This document shows, in pieces, positions 44,625 to 58,524 of a stretch of 64,000 nt of DNA. The notes under the pieces were generated by a model that saw nothing but the letters and a program-made list of their open reading frames with translations, was not told the DNA's origin and did not search any database. Source of the stretch: Escherichia coli. Lineage in GTDB: Bacteria; Pseudomonadota; Gammaproteobacteria; Enterobacterales; Enterobacteriaceae. Within the stretch, counting starts at the first letter, position 1. Each line of letters begins with the position of its first letter. The DNA is taken from the NCBI RefSeq assembly GCF_050320075.1, contig NZ_CP190018.1. One strand, given 5' to 3'. Position numbers and translations under genes: made by a program.

Positions 44625-47234
44625 TTATGAGCCAGGATGTGTGCAAACTGCCGAAATAACAGTGACGGCTTGCTGTAAGCTTTGCTTCGGCAATACATAG
44701 TGCGCAATGCAGCGTGAGTTCGCGCCGTCTCCCCACTGAACCAGTAATTCACCAGACAATGGCGCACCGCTTAAATAAACTTGCCCGTCATCACCCACCA
44801 TACTGGTTATTCCGGTACTGTTTTCCCGTACCAGTGATCCAAACGGCACCGGTTTTCCGCCCTGGGTAACGGTAATGAGCGCCCGTACGCCTATGCGGGT
44901 ATCAAAATTGGCACGAACCAACGCGCCTTGCGTCGGCACAACGCTGCTAATATTTTTTTCAACATCGATGGAATTCCCCATCGTATTGGTATCAAGCGCG
45001 ATACGGTTATACCGATAAACCGTGGCATACGGCATCACCGCATAGCCGCGCCAGTCGGTTAAAATGCCAGTTTGATTTTCAATGCGTACACCGCCTGCGC
45101 CAGGCGCTTTAATCAAAACATTGGTATCCCCTAAAGGCTGGCTCAGCGTTATACCATTTTCATGCCCGACCACACCGCCAGACAGCTGCCAGTTAACGTC
45201 ATGTTGATCGCGGTCGTAGTTATACCCGACCCCCAGCGTACCGTAAGCGGCCTGCCAGTTTGCCGTGGCGCTGCCCGTATACCCATTATTCGAGGTATCG
45301 CCCTGGCTTACGTGATAACTCAGGTTGTGGCCTTCCAGTAAGGTCCCACCAACGCCTGCCAGCCAGCTATTTTGCCCGTTGCTGTTACGGTTGGCGTTAA
45401 AAGAGGCATAAGCGCGGTCGAGCGCATTTTCCCGGGTGTAGCGACGTTTGGTCAGAACATTGAAAGGCACTGAAACATTAAGTCCGACAATACGTTCGTT
45501 ATCGGGGATCCCTACAGATTCATTCCACGAAAATGAGAGTGAATAACTGATGCCAACCCAGCTGCTGGTATACCCCACCTGATACCAGGTATCTGAATCC
45601 GAAGTATTCCAGTATTTTTGATGGGTACCAGAAATATAAAGCGAGCCAAAGTCATTAAGTGATTGTGAAATATTTAACTGCAAACGGTCTTTACGACTAA
45701 AGCGTAAATTGTGGTAATTCACGATTATCGGCTCATCGCGATGCTCACCGTCATAATCGTAATCATATTCGTACCCCTCCATACGACGATACGCAACATC
45801 ATCAAGGGTATAAAAACCTTGTGTCGAATAGCGGTAACCCATTAACTGAAAATTGGTGCCGAAAGTGTTCATTGATTTCGCATAGAGGAAGCGAATGGAA
45901 TCCCCCTCATGACGACTGTCGTCGGCTAACTGACTGCGCGCATGCGTTACATCCAGCGACACTGCGCCCCAGTTCCCGAGATTGCGCCCCAGCCCTAATA
46001 AAAAGGCGGTGTAATTTGCAGATAATTGCGTCCCGCCGTAGGCAGTAAATTCCTGTGGTAAACCGCCGAGTGCCGTGCCCTGAAAAAAGAAAGGCGACGA
46101 TTGCTGACTATTACCGCTACGAAAATCGCCCGCCGTCAGGTCAAATTTGAAACGCCCTTCGCGTTGTAAAATTGGCACTGTTGAATACGGAATCGTGTAA
46201 TTCTGCTGATTACCATCGCGCTCGTCGATGGTGACGTCCAGATCGCCATTTGAAGATGTCGGGTGCAAATCTGTAATTTCAAAAGCGCCGGGGGAAACAT
46301 AGCTTTGATAGATAATAAAACCATTTTGCCGAATCGTTAGCTGGGCCGCCGTACGGGCAATCCCACGTACCGTTGGGGCAAACCCTTGCTGGCTATCAGG
46401 ATACATATTATCGGAAGAGTAAAGCCGTACACCACGAAATCCAACGCCATCGAAAATATCACTTCCTGTATTGCCGTCTCCCATTACCAGTTCACTTTTC
46501 AGCGGAATAATGGCGCGCTGTACCCAGGTGCCAATATTATTCCACTGTTCTGAATGATATGCATTTCCGCGAAAATAGTTCCAGGAACCATTGTTGCGTA
46601 ATCGCCACGGGCCAATATTAATCCCGCTGAGTTCACTAAAAAAATAGCTATCGTTACCATTACCTCTGTTACCGGTGAAATTATAATTCAGGAGTAAAGC
46701 AGGAATACCTTCATCCCACTCTTCAGGCGGAATGTAACCGTGAGCGCTACTCAACAACGCTATCTGAGGAATAGTGATGTTCAGGCGCATCGCTGCAAAA
46801 TCAAAGTTAATTGTGGCATCAGGTACAGCTTTCAGTAAATTAATGCATTTATTATTTTGCTGCTGGGCTAACTCGGGGAATGCACTGCTATTAAGGCCAA
46901 TTCGTTCAAGGAGTGCCTGATTAAAACAAGGCATTAACCCACCTGATTTATCACCTGTATTTACTGTCGTCGATTCAAATACGATATCCTGTGAACCAAT
47001 GAACTCATCATTACGCCAGAGATCCACCCGATACACGCCCGCAGGTTGATGATTACCTCTCTCAAAGCGCGATAAATCAGCAACGGATGTGCCATTCTCT
47101 AATAAAAATGCCGGGTTGAAATAACTTTCCGCATAGCTTAAAAAGGAGGGTAAAATGGCAAGAGATGAATAACAAATTCCGGCCAGACACCAGGTATACC
47201 TCTGCGGAATATCCGTAGTAGTGGGTATTTTCAT
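44625..47234 (-). CDS. sfmD: Fimbrial outer-membrane usher
   Basis: 869-aa ORF; usher family; sfm operon synteny. Confidence 0.9.
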   Translation of the reverse strand: MKIPTTTDIPQRYTWCLAGICYSSLAILPSFLSYAESYFNPAFLLENGTSVADLSRFERGNHQPAGVYRVDLWRNDEFIGSQDIVFESTTVNTGDKSGGLMPCFNQALLERIGLNSSAFPELAQQQNNKCINLLKAVPDATINFDFAAMRLNITIPQIALLSSAHGYIPPEEWDEGIPALLLNYNFTGNRGNGNDSYFFSELSGINIGPWRLRNNGSWNYFRGNAYHSEQWNNIGTWVQRAIIPLKSELVMGDGNTGSDIFDGVGFRGVRLYSSDNMYPDSQQGFAPTVRGIARTAAQLTIRQNGFIIYQSYVSPGAFEITDLHPTSSNGDLDVTIDERDGNQQNYTIPYSTVPILQREGRFKFDLTAGDFRSGNSQQSSPFFFQGTALGGLPQEFTAYGGTQLSANYTAFLLGLGRNLGNWGAVSLDVTHARSQLADDSRHEGDSIRFLYAKSMNTFGTNFQLMGYRYSTQGFYTLDDVAYRRMEGYEYDYDYDGEHRDEPIIVNYHNLRFSRKDRLQLNISQSLNDFGSLYISGTHQKYWNTSDSDTWYQVGYTSSWVGISYSLSFSWNESVGIPDNERIVGLNVSVPFNVLTKRRYTRENALDRAYASFNANRNSNGQNSWLAGVGGTLLEGHNLSYHVSQGDTSNNGYTGSATANWQAAYGTLGVGYNYDRDQHDVNWQLSGGVVGHENGITLSQPLGDTNVLIKAPGAGGVRIENQTGILTDWRGYAVMPYATVYRYNRIALDTNTMGNSIDVEKNISSVVPTQGALVRANFDTRIGVRALITVTQGGKPVPFGSLVRENSTGITSMVGDDGQVYLSGAPLSGELLVQWGDGANSRCIAHYVLPKQSLQQAVTVISAVCTHPGS

Positions 47235-47264
47235 AATTAGCTCTGATATTGTCAGATGATTCGG

Positions 47265-47957
47265 TTAGTTTAAGTTCACTTCTCTGACCGGGGTTACTGA
47301 ACCATAATCATTAACGGTCTGAAATTTCAGCTTTCCCTGCACTCCTGAGGGTAAGGGAATTTGTGAATTAACTCTGGGTGCAGCCATAGCATTCCCCAGT
47401 TTTTGGCTGCCCACTTGCAAGTTAACCAGGGTGACATAAAAAGGTGATGGATTATGAACATTGATATAGTTACCGGATCGCGAAAACTTGAGTGTGTCCG
47501 GCGCTTCTGCGGGTAATTCTTGTAATTGAATTGGACGGAGAAATAATTTCATGCGCGATAAAATCGCCAGTTGCAAAACATTCCTGCCGTTCAATGCATT
47601 TTTATCTACCGAAGGGATCGTCTTAACATTCATCCAGAACAGAGACTCACGATCTGCCGCCAGCGGTGGACCGGTGTAAATAATACGCAAAGTATTTTCG
47701 CTTTTGGGTTCACTAACAAACAGTGGCGGTGTAATGATGAATGACTTTTCTTTTACACCGCTGCTGTTTTCAATCCACGAATTGACCAGAAAGCGCTCAT
47801 TGGTATGGCTATTTCTAATCCATACCGCAGTCTGTTTAGCATCAGCGGGATAAATAATACGCGTGGCACCTAATGCGATCCCTCCGGCAGCATGGGCGCT
47901 GGCCGAAATGATTAAATAAAATATAATGAGCATCAATAACTTTATTTTAGTCATCAT
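47265..47957 (-). CDS. sfmC: Periplasmic fimbrial chaperone
   Basis: 230-aa ORF with signal peptide, PapD-like. Confidence 0.9.
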   Translation of the reverse strand: MMTKIKLLMLIIFYLIISASAHAAGGIALGATRIIYPADAKQTAVWIRNSHTNERFLVNSWIENSSGVKEKSFIITPPLFVSEPKSENTLRIIYTGPPLAADRESLFWMNVKTIPSVDKNALNGRNVLQLAILSRMKLFLRPIQLQELPAEAPDTLKFSRSGNYINVHNPSPFYVTLVNLQVGSQKLGNAMAAPRVNSQIPLPSGVQGKLKFQTVNDYGSVTPVREVNLN

Positions 47958-48176
47958 AGTTAATACGCCTTGTGTATTCCTGACGGCAAAAATAAGAAAT
48001 ATAAAGAAATGATTGCTTTGGTTTCTTACAACACATCATTCCCTTTTCATTTAATAAAGCGGCATGATACAAAGTGAACATGATTTCGATTTACATTGCC
48101 ACCATACCGCTTCAGACAACCGGTACATTACTTTGTTATAAGACGTGATATATAATTCAAAACAACGTGGTTTTGA

Positions 48177-48719
48177 TTATTCGTATCTCATAATAAAAGT
48201 CGCGTCAGCATTTGCTTGCCCTGCTGATGCACTTGTACCGGTGCCTTTATAACGTGCAGAAAAATGAAGAACGTTGGTCCCGGGGATCAAGTTCTGGTTG
48301 GTTGAGAAGCTATTCCCATCAGGTTTGAGAATTGCGGATGTATTATCAAGTATTTCAATACCGACACCCGTTGCTGTTGTTGTATTAGTACTGGATGCAA
48401 TGGCCAATAAATTATCATTGATTGCATCCGCCTGACCAGAAAATGCAACGGCAGCATTAGCGGCAACGACAGGATCGCAGTCGTTCAACTGTATAGTGAA
48501 TGGAATTAATGCAGAGGTATTACCAACAGCATTGAAAATATCGGTACGATATTGACCGAGTGTGACAACCTGGTCTGCCGAGTCAGTATTCACTGAACAG
48601 GCAGCATTCACCAGTTCGCCTTCAAAGTGAATTGTACCGCCATCTACAACGGCAGCATAACTACCCGTAGCGGCGAATAGTGCGGCGGCCAGCGCAGACG
48701 AAATAAATCTTAATTTCAT
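48177..48719 (-). CDS. sfmA: Type 1-like fimbrial major subunit
   Basis: ORF 48177..48752; start at [22 protein letters not shown]; FimA-like. Confidence 0.85.
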   Translation of the reverse strand: MKLRFISSALAAALFAATGSYAAVVDGGTIHFEGELVNAACSVNTDSADQVVTLGQYRTDIFNAVGNTSALIPFTIQLNDCDPVVAANAAVAFSGQADAINDNLLAIASSTNTTTATGVGIEILDNTSAILKPDGNSFSTNQNLIPGTNVLHFSARYKGTGTSASAGQANADATFIMRYE

Positions 48720-49189
48720 ATATATTCCTTCAATCTCATTTATCGACTCCACATCCGTATATAACCGATTACTTTATTTAAGACACTGATAGTAGTAAAT
48801 TCCTTTTTATCCTCTAAGAATGTCTTAATTGAAAATATGCACTCTATTCTAAAAAATAGAGAGCCCCGTTAGATGAATACTTCCGCGCAAAATATATTCA
48901 ACACAAATATAGACCTGAAGCGGTAAATTACCAGGCTGAAAATTCTTTTTATATTGTCAGGTATTTCTTAAATTATCTTAATCCTTTGACAAGGAAATAA
49001 GTCAGTTCCAGATTTACAACGCCATCATGGACGAAAAATGAAGCTTTCAATCTCAGCGACGGTGCGCATCACCTTCGCAAGAGGTCGCTTCACGCGATAA
49101 ATCTGAAACGAAACCTGACAGCGCGCCCCGCTTCTGACAAAATAGGCACATCCCCTTCGACCTACGTAACAGATGGAATCCTCTCTCTG

Positions 49190-50056
49190 ATGGCAGCAAA
49201 GATTATTGACGGTAAAACGATTGCGCAGCAGGTGCGCTCTGAAGTTGCTCAAAAAGTTCAGGCGCGTATTGCAGCCGGACTGCGGGCACCAGGACTGGCC
49301 GTTGTGCTGGTGGGTAGTAACCCTGCATCGCAAATTTATGTCGCAAGCAAACGCAAGGCTTGTGAAGAGGTGGGGTTCGTCTCCCGCTCTTATGACCTCC
49401 CGGAAACCACCAGCGAAGCGGAGCTGCTGGAGCTTATCGATGCGCTGAATGCCGACAACACCATTGATGGCATTCTGGTTCAACTGCCGTTACCGGCGGG
49501 TATTGATAACGTCAAAGTGCTGGAACGTATTCATCCGGACAAAGACGTGGACGGTTTCCATCCTTACAACGTCGGTCGTCTGTGCCAGCGCGCGCCGCGT
49601 CTGCGTCCCTGCACCCCGCGCGGTATCGTCACGCTGCTTGAGCGTTACAACATTGATACCTTCGGCCTCAACGCCGTGGTGATTGGCGCATCGAATATCG
49701 TTGGCCGCCCGATGAGCATGGAACTGCTACTGGCAGGTTGCACCACCACCGTGACTCACCGTTTCACTAAAAATCTGCGTCACCACGTAGAAAATGCCGA
49801 TCTATTGATCGTTGCCGTCGGTAAGCCAGGCTTTATTCCCGGTGACTGGATCAAAGAAGGCGCAATTGTGATTGATGTCGGCATCAACCGTCTGGAAAAT
49901 GGCAAAGTTGTGGGCGACGTCGTGTTTGAAGACGCGGCTAAACGCGCCTCATACATTACGCCTGTTCCCGGCGGCGTTGGCCCGATGACGGTTGCCACGC
50001 TGATTGAAAACACGCTACAGGCGTGCGTTGAATATCATGATCCACAGGGTGAGTAA
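49190..50056 (+). CDS. folD: Bifunctional methylenetetrahydrofolate dehydrogenase / methenyl-THF cyclohydrolase
   Basis: 288-aa [33 protein letters not shown]... Confidence 0.95.
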
Positions 50057-50057
50057 C

Positions 50058-50270
50058 ATGGCGACATTTTCTTTAGGTAAACATCCGCACGTTGAGCTGT
50101 GCGACTTGCTGAAACTGGAAGGCTGGAGCGAAAGCGGCGCGCAGGCGAAAATCGCGATTGCCGAAGGCCAGGTGAAAGTCGACGGTGCGGTTGAAACGCG
50201 CAAACGCTGCAAAATCGTTGCCGGGCAGACAGTGAGTTTTGCCGGTCACAGCGTACAGGTTGTTGCCTGA
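50058..50270 (+). CDS. ybcJ: S4-like RNA-binding protein
   Basis: ORF 50004..50270; start placed at MATFSLGKHPHVELCDLL (70 aa). Confidence 0.8.
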   Translation: MATFSLGKHPHVELCDLLKLEGWSESGAQAKIAIAEGQVKVDGAVETRKRCKIVAGQTVSFAGHSVQVVA

Positions 50271-50377
50271 TCCCTTTCCCGGCCTGTAACAACAGGCCGG
50301 TTCTCTTTTCAGACTTTTGCCCTCTACGCCCCGTTCATCCATGCTGATAGCATCGACATTTTGCCGAAGCGACCATC

Positions 50378-50899
50378 ATGCCAACCGTTGTTACGCACGC
50401 CGCCGTTCCCCTTTGCATTGCTTTAGGGTTGGGTTCGAAAGTCATCCCTCCGCGTCTGTTATTTGCCGGAATCATCCTGGCGATGCTGCCCGATGCCGAC
50501 GTGTTGTCGTTTAAATTTGGCGTTGCTTATGGCAATGTTTTTGGTCATCGCGGGTTTACCCATTCGCTGGTGTTTGCGTTTGTTGTCCCGCTGTTATGTG
50601 TGCTGATTGGACGCCGATGGTTCAGGGCTGGGCTGATTCGCTGCTGGGTGTTTTTAACCGTCTCGTTGCTATCGCACAGCTTGCTGGATTCTGTAACCAC
50701 TGGTGGTAAAGGGGTTGGCTGGCTGTGGCCGTGGTCAGATGAACGCTTTTTCGCCCCCTGGCAGGTGATTAAAGTCGCGCCGTTTGCATTGTCTCGTTAC
50801 ACCACGCCGTACGGGCATCAGGTGATTATTTCTGAATTAATGTGGGTGTGGTTGCCGGGGATGCTACTGATGGGAATGTTGTGGTGGCGCAGGCGATAA
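50378..50899 (+). CDS. ybcI: Inner-membrane metal-dependent hydrolase family protein (DUF457)
   Basis: 173-aa hydrophobic ORF; synteny between ybcJ and cysS. Confidence 0.8.
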   Translation: MPTVVTHAAVPLCIALGLGSKVIPPRLLFAGIILAMLPDADVLSFKFGVAYGNVFGHRGFTHSLVFAFVVPLLCVLIGRRWFRAGLIRCWVFLTVSLLSHSLLDSVTTGGKGVGWLWPWSDERFFAPWQVIKVAPFALSRYTTPYGHQVIISELMWVWLPGMLLMGMLWWRRR

Positions 50900-50934
50900 C
50901 CGGATGCGAAAACTCGCATCCGGCAATAGCGCAA

Positions 50935-52320
50935 TTACTTACGACGCCAGGTGGTCCCTTGCGGGCCATCTTCCAGCACGATCCCCATCTCATTCAGACG
51001 GTCACGCGCCGCATCTGCCGCCGCCCAGTCTTTCGCTTTACGGGCATCCAGACGCTGTTGAATTAACGCTTCAATCTCAGCCACTTCGCTGTCGTCTGCC
51101 TGCGCGCCGCTTTGCAGGAACGCTTCCGGTTCTTGCTCCAGCAGGCCCAATACAGCGGAAAGTTTACGCAGGTGAGATGCCATTGCATTCGCCGCTGCCA
51201 TATCTTCTGCTTTCAGACGGTTCACTTCACGCGCCATATCAAACAGTACGGAATAGGCTTCCGGGGTGTTGAAATCGTCGTCCATCGCTTCAATAAAGCG
51301 CGCTTCAAACGCTTCACCACCCGCAGGCGCAACGGTTTTATCGGTGCCGCGCAGCGCAGTGTAGAGACGCTCCAGCGCCGCACGCGCCTGCTTCAGGTTC
51401 TCTTCGCTGTAGTTCAGCTGGCTGCGATAGTGGCCCGACATCAGGAAGTAACGCACGGTTTCAGCATCGTAGTATTTCAGCACATCGCGCACGGTAAAGA
51501 AGTTACCCAGCGATTTGGACATCTTCTCGCGGTCAACCATCACCATCCCGGAGTGCATCCAGTAATTCACATACTGACCATCATGGGCACAGGTGGACTG
51601 CGCGATTTCGTTTTCGTGGTGCGGGAACATCAGGTCTGAACCGCCGCCGTGGATATCAAAGTGGTTACCCAGCTGCTTGCAGTTCATTGCCGAACATTCA
51701 ATGTGCCAGCCAGGACGGCCCGCGCCCCACGGAGACGGCCAGCTCGGTTCGCCCTCTTTCGACATCTTCCACAGAACGAAATCCATCGGGTTGCGTTTGT
51801 CGTCGACCACGTCAACGCGCGCGCCTGCCTGCAGCTGGTCGAGATCCTGACGCGACAGCACGCCATATGTCGGATCGGTCGGGACGTCGAACATCACGTC
51901 GCCGTTGTCCGCCACATAAGCGTGACCTTTGGCGATCAGTTGTTCAGTGAGTTCAATAATTTCGGCGATATGGTGCGTCGCACGCGGCTCCATATCCGGG
52001 CGCAGAATGTTCAAAGCATCAAAATCTTTGTGCATTTCGGCGATCATGCGATCCACCAGCGCCACAAAGCTTTCGCCATTTTCATTGGCGCGTTTGATGA
52101 TTTTGTCGTCGATATCAGTAATGTTGCGCACATACTTCAGCTTATAGCCGAGGAAACGCAGATAGCGCGCGACCACGTCAAAGGCAACAAAGGTACGCCC
52201 GTGACCGATATGACAGAGATCGTAAACGGTGATTCCACACACGTACATGCCGACTTCCCCGGCGTGAATAGGCTTAAATTCCTCTTTTTGGCGTGTCAGA
52301 GTATTGAAGATTTTTAGCAT
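50935..52320 (-). CDS. cysS: Cysteine--tRNA ligase
   Basis: 461-aa ORF with HIGH (HIGHGRT) and KMSKS motifs. Confidence 0.95.
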
Positions 52321-52493
52321 CGAAGATTCCGTTTAGACATGTGTGGGTAATTGAGTTGCGTATAATACCCATATTTCCCGCGCGAATCAGCATACATTGC
52401 GAGATGATCCGATCGTGCGGTTATGCTATAACACCACCCTATATATGACCCGAACCGGGTTGAAGCACCAATCAAACGGAACAGGATGCAAAA

Positions 52494-52988
52494 ATGGTTA
52501 CTTTCCACACCAATCACGGCGATATTGTCATCAAAACTTTTGACGATAAAGCACCTGAAACAGTTAAAAACTTCCTGGACTACTGCCGCGAAGGTTTTTA
52601 CAACAACACCATTTTCCACCGTGTTATCAACGGCTTTATGATTCAGGGCGGCGGTTTTGAACCGGGCATGAAACAAAAAGCCACCAAAGAACCGATCAAA
52701 AACGAAGCCAACAACGGTCTGAAAAATACCCGTGGTACACTGGCAATGGCCCGTACTCAGGCACCGCACTCTGCAACTGCACAGTTCTTCATCAACGTGG
52801 TTGATAACGACTTCCTGAACTTCTCTGGCGAAAGCCTGCAAGGTTGGGGTTACTGCGTGTTTGCTGAAGTGGTTGAAGGCATGGACGTGGTAGACAAAAT
52901 CAAAGGTGTGGCAACCGGTCGTAGCGGTATGCACCAGGACGTGCCAAAAGAAGACGTTATCATTGAAAGCGTGACCGTTAGCGAGTAA
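52494..52988 (+). CDS. ppiB: Peptidyl-prolyl cis-trans isomerase B (cyclophilin)
   Basis: 164-aa [30 protein letters not shown]... Confidence 0.95.
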   Translation: MVTFHTNHGDIVIKTFDDKAPETVKNFLDYCREGFYNNTIFHRVINGFMIQGGGFEPGMKQKATKEPIKNEANNGLKNTRGTLAMARTQAPHSATAQFFINVVDNDFLNFSGESLQGWGYCVFAEVVEGMDVVDKIKGVATGRSGMHQDVPKEDVIIESVTVSE

Positions 52989-52990
52989 TC

Positions 52991-53713
52991 GTGGCGACAC
53001 TCTTTATTGCAGATCTTCATCTCTGCGCGGAAGAACCGGCGATCACCGCCGGTTTTCTGCGTTTTTTAGCGGGGGAAGCCCGCAAGGCCGACGCGCTGTA
53101 TATTCTTGGCGATCTGTTTGAAGCGTGGATTGGCGACGACGATCCCAACCCACTCCATCGCCAGATGGCGGCAGCGATCAAAGCGGTGTCCGATTCCGGC
53201 GTTCCCTGTTATTTCATTCATGGCAACCGTGATTTTCTGCTCGGCAAACGCTTTGCCCGTGAAAGCGGCATGACGTTATTGCCGGAAGAAAAGGTGCTCG
53301 AACTGTATGGTCGCCAGGTGTTGATTATGCATGGCGACACGCTGTGCACCGATGACGCCGGTTATCAGGCTTTTCGCGCCAAAGTCCACAAACCCTGGCT
53401 GCAAACGCTATTCCTCGCCCTGCCGTTGTTTGTGCGCAAACGCATTGCCGCGCGAATGCGAGCGAACAGCAAAGAAGCCAACAGCAGTAAATCGCTGGCG
53501 ATCATGGACGTTAACCAAAACGCGGTGGTCAGTGCGATGGAAAAACATCAGGTGCAATGGCTGATTCACGGGCATACCCATCGCCCGGCAGTACATGAAC
53601 TTATCGCCAATCAGCAACCTGCTTTCCGCGTGGTACTGGGTGCCTGGCATACGGAAGGTTCAATGGTGAAAGTCACGGCGGATGACGTTGAGCTGATTCA
53701 TTTTCCGTTTTAA
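52991..53713 (+). CDS. lpxH: UDP-2,3-diacylglucosamine pyrophosphatase
   Basis: 240-aa [29 protein letters not shown]..., calcineurin-like phosphoesterase motifs. Confidence 0.95.
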   Translation: MATLFIADLHLCAEEPAITAGFLRFLAGEARKADALYILGDLFEAWIGDDDPNPLHRQMAAAIKAVSDSGVPCYFIHGNRDFLLGKRFARESGMTLLPEEKVLELYGRQVLIMHGDTLCTDDAGYQAFRAKVHKPWLQTLFLALPLFVRKRIAARMRANSKEANSSKSLAIMDVNQNAVVSAMEKHQVQWLIHGHTHRPAVHELIANQQPAFRVVLGAWHTEGSMVKVTADDVELIHFPF

Positions 53714-53742
53714 ATACCCGCAACTTTGCTGATTTCACAGCC

Positions 53743-53758
53743 ACGCAACCGTTTTCCT
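53743..53758. promoter_or_regulatory. Candidate PurR box upstream of purEK
   Basis: ACGCAACCGTTTTCCT resembles PurR operator consensus ACGCAAACGTTTGCGT; position ~70 nt upstream of purE start. Confidence 0.45.
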
Positions 53759-53829
53759 TGCTCTCTTTCCGTGCTATTCTCTGTGCCCTCTAAAGCCGAG
53801 AGTTGTGCACCACAGGAGTTTTAAGACGC

Positions 53830-54339
53830 ATGTCTTCCCGCAATAATCCGGCGCGTGTCGCCATCGTGATGGGGTCCAAAAGCGACTGGGCTACCATGCA
53901 GTTCGCCGCCGAAATCTTCGAAATCCTGAATGTCCCGCACCACGTTGAAGTGGTTTCTGCTCACCGCACCCCCGATAAACTGTTCAGCTTCGCCGAAAGT
54001 GCCGAAGAGAACGGTTATCAGGTGATTATTGCGGGCGCAGGCGGCGCAGCGCACCTGCCTGGCATGATTGCCGCCAAAACGCTGGTGCCAGTGCTGGGCG
54101 TGCCAGTACAGAGCGCCGCACTGAGCGGTGTCGATAGCCTCTACTCCATCGTACAAATGCCGCGCGGCATTCCGGTGGGTACACTGGCGATTGGTAAAGC
54201 TGGCGCGGCAAACGCGGCGTTACTGGCAGCACAAATTCTTGCGACTCATGATAAAGAATTGCACCAGCGTCTGAATGACTGGCGCAAAGCACAAACTGAT
54301 GAAGTGCTGGAAAACCCGGACCCGCGAGGTGCGGCATGA
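53830..54339 (+). CDS. purE: N5-carboxyaminoimidazole ribonucleotide mutase
   Basis: ORF 53803..54339; start at [20 protein letters not shown]. Confidence 0.95.
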   Translation: MSSRNNPARVAIVMGSKSDWATMQFAAEIFEILNVPHHVEVVSAHRTPDKLFSFAESAEENGYQVIIAGAGGAAHLPGMIAAKTLVPVLGVPVQSAALSGVDSLYSIVQMPRGIPVGTLAIGKAGAANAALLAAQILATHDKELHQRLNDWRKAQTDEVLENPDPRGAA

Positions 54340-55403
54340 AACAGGTTTGCGTCCTCGGTAACGGGCAGTTAGGCCGTATGCTGCGTCAGGCAGGCGAACC
54401 GTTAGGCATTGCTGTCTGGCCGGTCGGGCTGGACGCTGAACCGGCGGCGGTGCCTTTTCAACAAAGCGTGATTACCGCTGAGATCGAACGCTGGCCGGAA
54501 ACCGCATTAACCCGCGAGCTGGCGCGCCATCCGGCATTTGTGAACCGCGATGTGTTCCCGATTATTGCCGACCGTCTGACTCAGAAGCAGCTTTTCGACA
54601 AGCTTCACCTGCCGACCGCACCGTGGCAGTTACTTGCCGATCGCAGCGAGTGGCCTGCGGTGTTTGATCGTTTAGGTGAGCTGGCGATTGTTAAGCGTCG
54701 CACTGGTGGCTATGACGGTCGCGGTCAATGGCGTTTACGTGCCGATGAAACCGAACAGTTACCGGCAGAGTGTTACGGCGAATGTATTGTCGAGCAGGGC
54801 ATTAACTTCTCTGGCGAAGTGTCGCTGGTTGGCGCGCGCGGCTTTGATGGTAGCACCGTGTTTTATCCGCTGACGCATAACCTGCATCAGGACGGTATTT
54901 TGCGCACCAGCGTCGCTTTCCCGCAGGCCAACGCGCAGCAGCAGGCGCAGGCCGAAGAGATGCTGTCGGCGATTATGCAGGAGCTGGGCTATGTGGGCGT
55001 GATGGCGATGGAGTGTTTTGTCACCCCGCAAGGTCTGCTGATCAACGAACTGGCTCCGCGTGTGCATAACAGCGGTCACTGGACACAAAACGGTGCCAGC
55101 ATCAGCCAGTTTGAGATGCATCTGCGGGCGATTACCGATCTGCCGTTACCGCAACCGGTAGTGAATAGTCCGTCGGTGATGATCAACCTGATTGGTAGCG
55201 ATGTGAATTATGACTGGCTGAAACTGCCGCTGGTACATCTGCACTGGTACGACAAAGAAGTCCGTCCGGGGCGTAAAGTGGGGCATCTGAATTTGACCGA
55301 CAGCGACACATCGCGTCTGACCGCGACGCTGGAAGCCTTAATCCCGCTGCTGCCGCCAGAGTATGCCAGCGGCGTGATGTGGGCGCAGAGTAAGTTCAAT
55401 TAA
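54336..55403 (+). CDS. purK: N5-carboxyaminoimidazole ribonucleotide synthetase
   Basis: 355-aa ORF, ATP-grasp; overlaps purE stop. Confidence 0.95.
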   Translation: MKQVCVLGNGQLGRMLRQAGEPLGIAVWPVGLDAEPAAVPFQQSVITAEIERWPETALTRELARHPAFVNRDVFPIIADRLTQKQLFDKLHLPTAPWQLLADRSEWPAVFDRLGELAIVKRRTGGYDGRGQWRLRADETEQLPAECYGECIVEQGINFSGEVSLVGARGFDGSTVFYPLTHNLHQDGILRTSVAFPQANAQQQAQAEEMLSAIMQELGYVGVMAMECFVTPQGLLINELAPRVHNSGHWTQNGASISQFEMHLRAITDLPLPQPVVNSPSVMINLIGSDVNYDWLKLPLVHLHWYDKEVRPGRKVGHLNLTDSDTSRLTATLEALIPLLPPEYASGVMWAQSKFN

Positions 55404-55421
55404 CCTGGTGCTCATATTCTT

Positions 55422-55532
55422 GCCGGATTCGGCGTGAACGCCTTATCCGGCTTACCGCTCCGGTACCCATTGTAGGCCTGATAAGACGCGTCAAGCATCG
55501 CATCAGGCATGGTGCGCCGATTGCCGGATGCT
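55422..55532. repeat. REP elements downstream of purK
   Basis: GCCGGATTCGGCGTGAACGCCTTATCCGGC ... GTAGGCCTGATAAGACGCGTCAAGCATCGCATCAGGC. Confidence 0.65.
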
Positions 55533-55539
55533 CTCATCA

Positions 55540-56433
55540 CTACAGCGAAATACAGGTCCCCGCTTCGCCCGCCAGTGTCTCTTCAATTCGCGATAACGCC
55601 CCAATCCACGCAGGTTTGCCACGGCTTCTGACATAGCCACTCACCGCCGTTACCTTCGGCCCCATCGAACCATCGGCTTTGGCAAATGGCGCTAACTCAT
55701 CCGGTGTGGCATGGCGAATGGCACGTTGCTGCGGCGTTCCCCAGTTTTCATATACCGCATCAGCATCGGTGAGGATCACCAGCCCATCGGCGTTAATCTG
55801 CTCGGCGAGCAACGCAGCGGCGAGATCTTTATCAATCACTGCTTCACTCCCTGCTCCGTCATCCGTCACAGGCACACCGCCGCCGCCACTGCAAATCACC
55901 ACATGCCCCTCTTTGAGCAACAACTCGATGGCTTCGCTGTCGAGAATTTTACGCGGTTGCGGAGACGCCACCACCCGGCGCAAATATTTACCATCACGTT
56001 TCATCTGCCAGCCGTAAGCCGCTTCCAGTGCCTCTTGTTCTTCTGGCTGATAAACCGGACCGATAAACTTCTCTGGCTGCAAAAACGCCGGATCATCAGG
56101 CGAAACCTCAATGCGCGTCAGCACCGTCGTGACAGGCGGCATCTGCGGCTGTGCGCTCAAGCTCTGCGCCAGCATATAGCCAATCATCCCCTGGCTTTCC
56201 GCCACCAGCACATCCAGCGGATACGGTTCTACCTCTTTCCACGCCAGATTCTGTAACGCCAACAGCCCCACCTGTGGCCCGTTGCCGTGAACAATCGCCA
56301 GCCGATAAGAACGGGCCAGGCGCGCCAGTGCGGGTACAGCGCTGGCGATATTGCGATATTGATTTTCTGCCGTCAGCGCCTCACCGCGCTGAAGCAAGGC
56401 ATTGCCCCCAAGAGCCACAACCAGTGTTTTCAT
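55540..56433 (-). CDS. ybcF: Carbamate kinase-like protein
   Basis: 297-aa [21 protein letters not shown]..., amino acid kinase family. Confidence 0.85.
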   Translation of the reverse strand: MKTLVVALGGNALLQRGEALTAENQYRNIASAVPALARLARSYRLAIVHGNGPQVGLLALQNLAWKEVEPYPLDVLVAESQGMIGYMLAQSLSAQPQMPPVTTVLTRIEVSPDDPAFLQPEKFIGPVYQPEEQEALEAAYGWQMKRDGKYLRRVVASPQPRKILDSEAIELLLKEGHVVICSGGGGVPVTDDGAGSEAVIDKDLAAALLAEQINADGLVILTDADAVYENWGTPQQRAIRHATPDELAPFAKADGSMGPKVTAVSGYVRSRGKPAWIGALSRIEETLAGEAGTCISL

Positions 56434-57245
56434 GGTTTTCCTTGTAATAATTGTTGACCAAGCCAGAACCCCAGCAGCGTATCTGCCCCTGACGTATGCC
56501 CCAGCGCCATCAGCGAATCAATCGCAACAGCGGTACGTTTCGGGCAACTCAGAGCATGAACAAAGTGCAGGAGTGGCGAGGCGAAATATCCTTGCGCGGC
56601 ATAACGTAAATAATTAACGCTCACCGCTGTGGTAACGAGTTGAAGATTGTCGGAACAGGCAAAAAACTGGCGACCGGAGCGCGTATCTAAAGCGCCATAA
56701 TACCAGGCCGCCAGCAGCATTCCGCTCAGCGTGTCATCATGACTTGGCGTTAATCCCGGACCTTTACCCAGCCAGTGCCGCCAGTCGGTCTTCACGCCAT
56801 TGAGCGCGGCCTGAAAACAGTGACGAAACTGGCGTAATTCAGCGGGCAGCGGATCGCCTGCCGCCAACGCCAGTGGCCCGAAAAGCCCGGTTTCCTCCGC
56901 GCGTTGCATCCATGCAGCTGCAAGCGGTTGAGGATGCGCAGGCGGCGTAATACGCAGCAAACAATAACGCTGTGGCTGTTTAACCGTGAAACGCCCGAGG
57001 CGAATCCCTTGAGCCACAACCTGCGGTCGTTCATTGCCGCATAATCCACCACATAACGCATCGAATTGCGCGCGGCGAAGCACCCATCCTCCGGGGCCGA
57101 AACCACTACCCTGACGATGCAGCGTTAACAGTTCGCCGCTTTCCGTCATCAGGTTAATCGCCCGTCGCCACACTCCCGCTAACCGCCAGGACTGGCAATA
57201 ATTCGGTGCGCTACGGCTGGCAAGCAGAGGATGGATGATCGTCAT
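56430..57245 (-). CDS. ylbF: Conserved protein YlbF (DUF2877)
   Basis: 271-aa ORF; synteny in fdrA-ylbE-ylbF-ybcF cluster. Confidence 0.75.
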   Translation of the reverse strand: MTIIHPLLASRSAPNYCQSWRLAGVWRRAINLMTESGELLTLHRQGSGFGPGGWVLRRAQFDALCGGLCGNERPQVVAQGIRLGRFTVKQPQRYCLLRITPPAHPQPLAAAWMQRAEETGLFGPLALAAGDPLPAELRQFRHCFQAALNGVKTDWRHWLGKGPGLTPSHDDTLSGMLLAAWYYGALDTRSGRQFFACSDNLQLVTTAVSVNYLRYAAQGYFASPLLHFVHALSCPKRTAVAIDSLMALGHTSGADTLLGFWLGQQLLQGKP

Positions 57246-57255
57246 TGCGCGTTCC

Positions 57256-58515
57256 TCAACCTATCCCCATGCTTTCAGCCAGTGCTTCCAGCGCCTGTTC
57301 AAAGCAGGCCAACGGTGCCCGCACAGTGCCTGCGCCAATCTGCCCGATCCCCGCCTCTTTATGGGCGATACCGGTATTGATGAGTGGCGTAATGCCGGTT
57401 TCTACCACGCGACGAATATCCAGCCCCAGGCACGCGCCCTGAAAATCCCAGCCTGGGATCTGCAACTGCATATTGCGTTCAAGGTAAATTTCCGCCATCT
57501 CTTCAGATACCGCTCTGGCCGCTTCCATGCCACCCGCACCGACAAAGCGCGTTACGCCAGGCGCTGCGATCATTGCCGCACCTCCGATACCAAAGGTTTC
57601 GGTAATCGCACTATCGCCCATATCCGGGTTCGCCAGATCCTGCGAGAAGCCGGTGAAAAACAGACCTTGCGGAGTGTTTACAGGCGCAGTAAACCAGCGT
57701 TCGCCCAGCCCGCTGACCCGAATCCCGAACATATTGCCGTTGCGGGTCATTGCCGTGACGATGCTGCCTGCGCGGATCATCGCACCAGCATCCATCGCCG
57801 CCTTGCAGTAAGCCATCGCGAGGTTAAGGAAGAACTGATCGGTCACGCTGAGGAAATCCATCACTTCGGCGATGCTCTGTTTATCATGATCAAGGCGAGC
57901 AATTTGTGGGGCCAGCGTACGCATTAACAGTGCTGAGGAAGCAATATTGCGTTGATGGAACTCATCGCCCATGGTAATGCCCTGCGCCATCATTGCCGTG
58001 AGATCGATACCGCGATCCATGCGCCCCAGCGCCGCGCTTAATACTGGCATTAACACATCGCGCATCCAGCGATGGCGAGTCAGGACATCTTCGCCGTAAG
58101 CGCCAAAACGCATCACTTTGCCGATACCTTCGTTGAGGTTGCAGTACGCCCGGTTGCCGTCGGTCACGTTCTCGACCACCAGCATCGGCATACTGGCAGA
58201 AGTAATACCGCCCATTGGCCCTACGGCATTCACATGGTGACAAGGAATGAAGTTCACTTCCCCCTGCTCCAGTATTGCCAGCGCCTGCGCTTCATCTTTC
58301 GCCCAGCCTTCGAACAGACATGCGCCCACGCACGCCCCTTTCATGGGTCCGGTCATCTCCTGCCAGCGCATTGGCGGCCCGGCGTGAAGCAGTGTTTTGC
58401 CCTCGTTTAGTTCGCTGATAAGTGAAGAAGCCGGTTGCACATCCAGCCAGTGTGGACGAGCGCGACGAATTTGTTCGATAACCGCAGCATTGGCTTGCGC
58501 CACTGATGTAAACAT
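57256..58515 (-). CDS. ylbE: Conserved protein YlbE (DUF1116)
   Basis: 419-aa ORF; synteny. Confidence 0.75.
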   Translation of the reverse strand: MFTSVAQANAAVIEQIRRARPHWLDVQPASSLISELNEGKTLLHAGPPMRWQEMTGPMKGACVGACLFEGWAKDEAQALAILEQGEVNFIPCHHVNAVGPMGGITSASMPMLVVENVTDGNRAYCNLNEGIGKVMRFGAYGEDVLTRHRWMRDVLMPVLSAALGRMDRGIDLTAMMAQGITMGDEFHQRNIASSALLMRTLAPQIARLDHDKQSIAEVMDFLSVTDQFFLNLAMAYCKAAMDAGAMIRAGSIVTAMTRNGNMFGIRVSGLGERWFTAPVNTPQGLFFTGFSQDLANPDMGDSAITETFGIGGAAMIAAPGVTRFVGAGGMEAARAVSEEMAEIYLERNMQLQIPGWDFQGACLGLDIRRVVETGITPLINTGIAHKEAGIGQIGAGTVRAPLACFEQALEALAESMGIG

Positions 58516-58524
58516 GGGAACCCC

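Noticed and set aside
51112-52317. Plus-strand ORFs of 175-222 aa overlapping cysS
   Set aside because: Antisense to cysS, which has clear HIGH/KMSKS class I synthetase motifs; no independent support.
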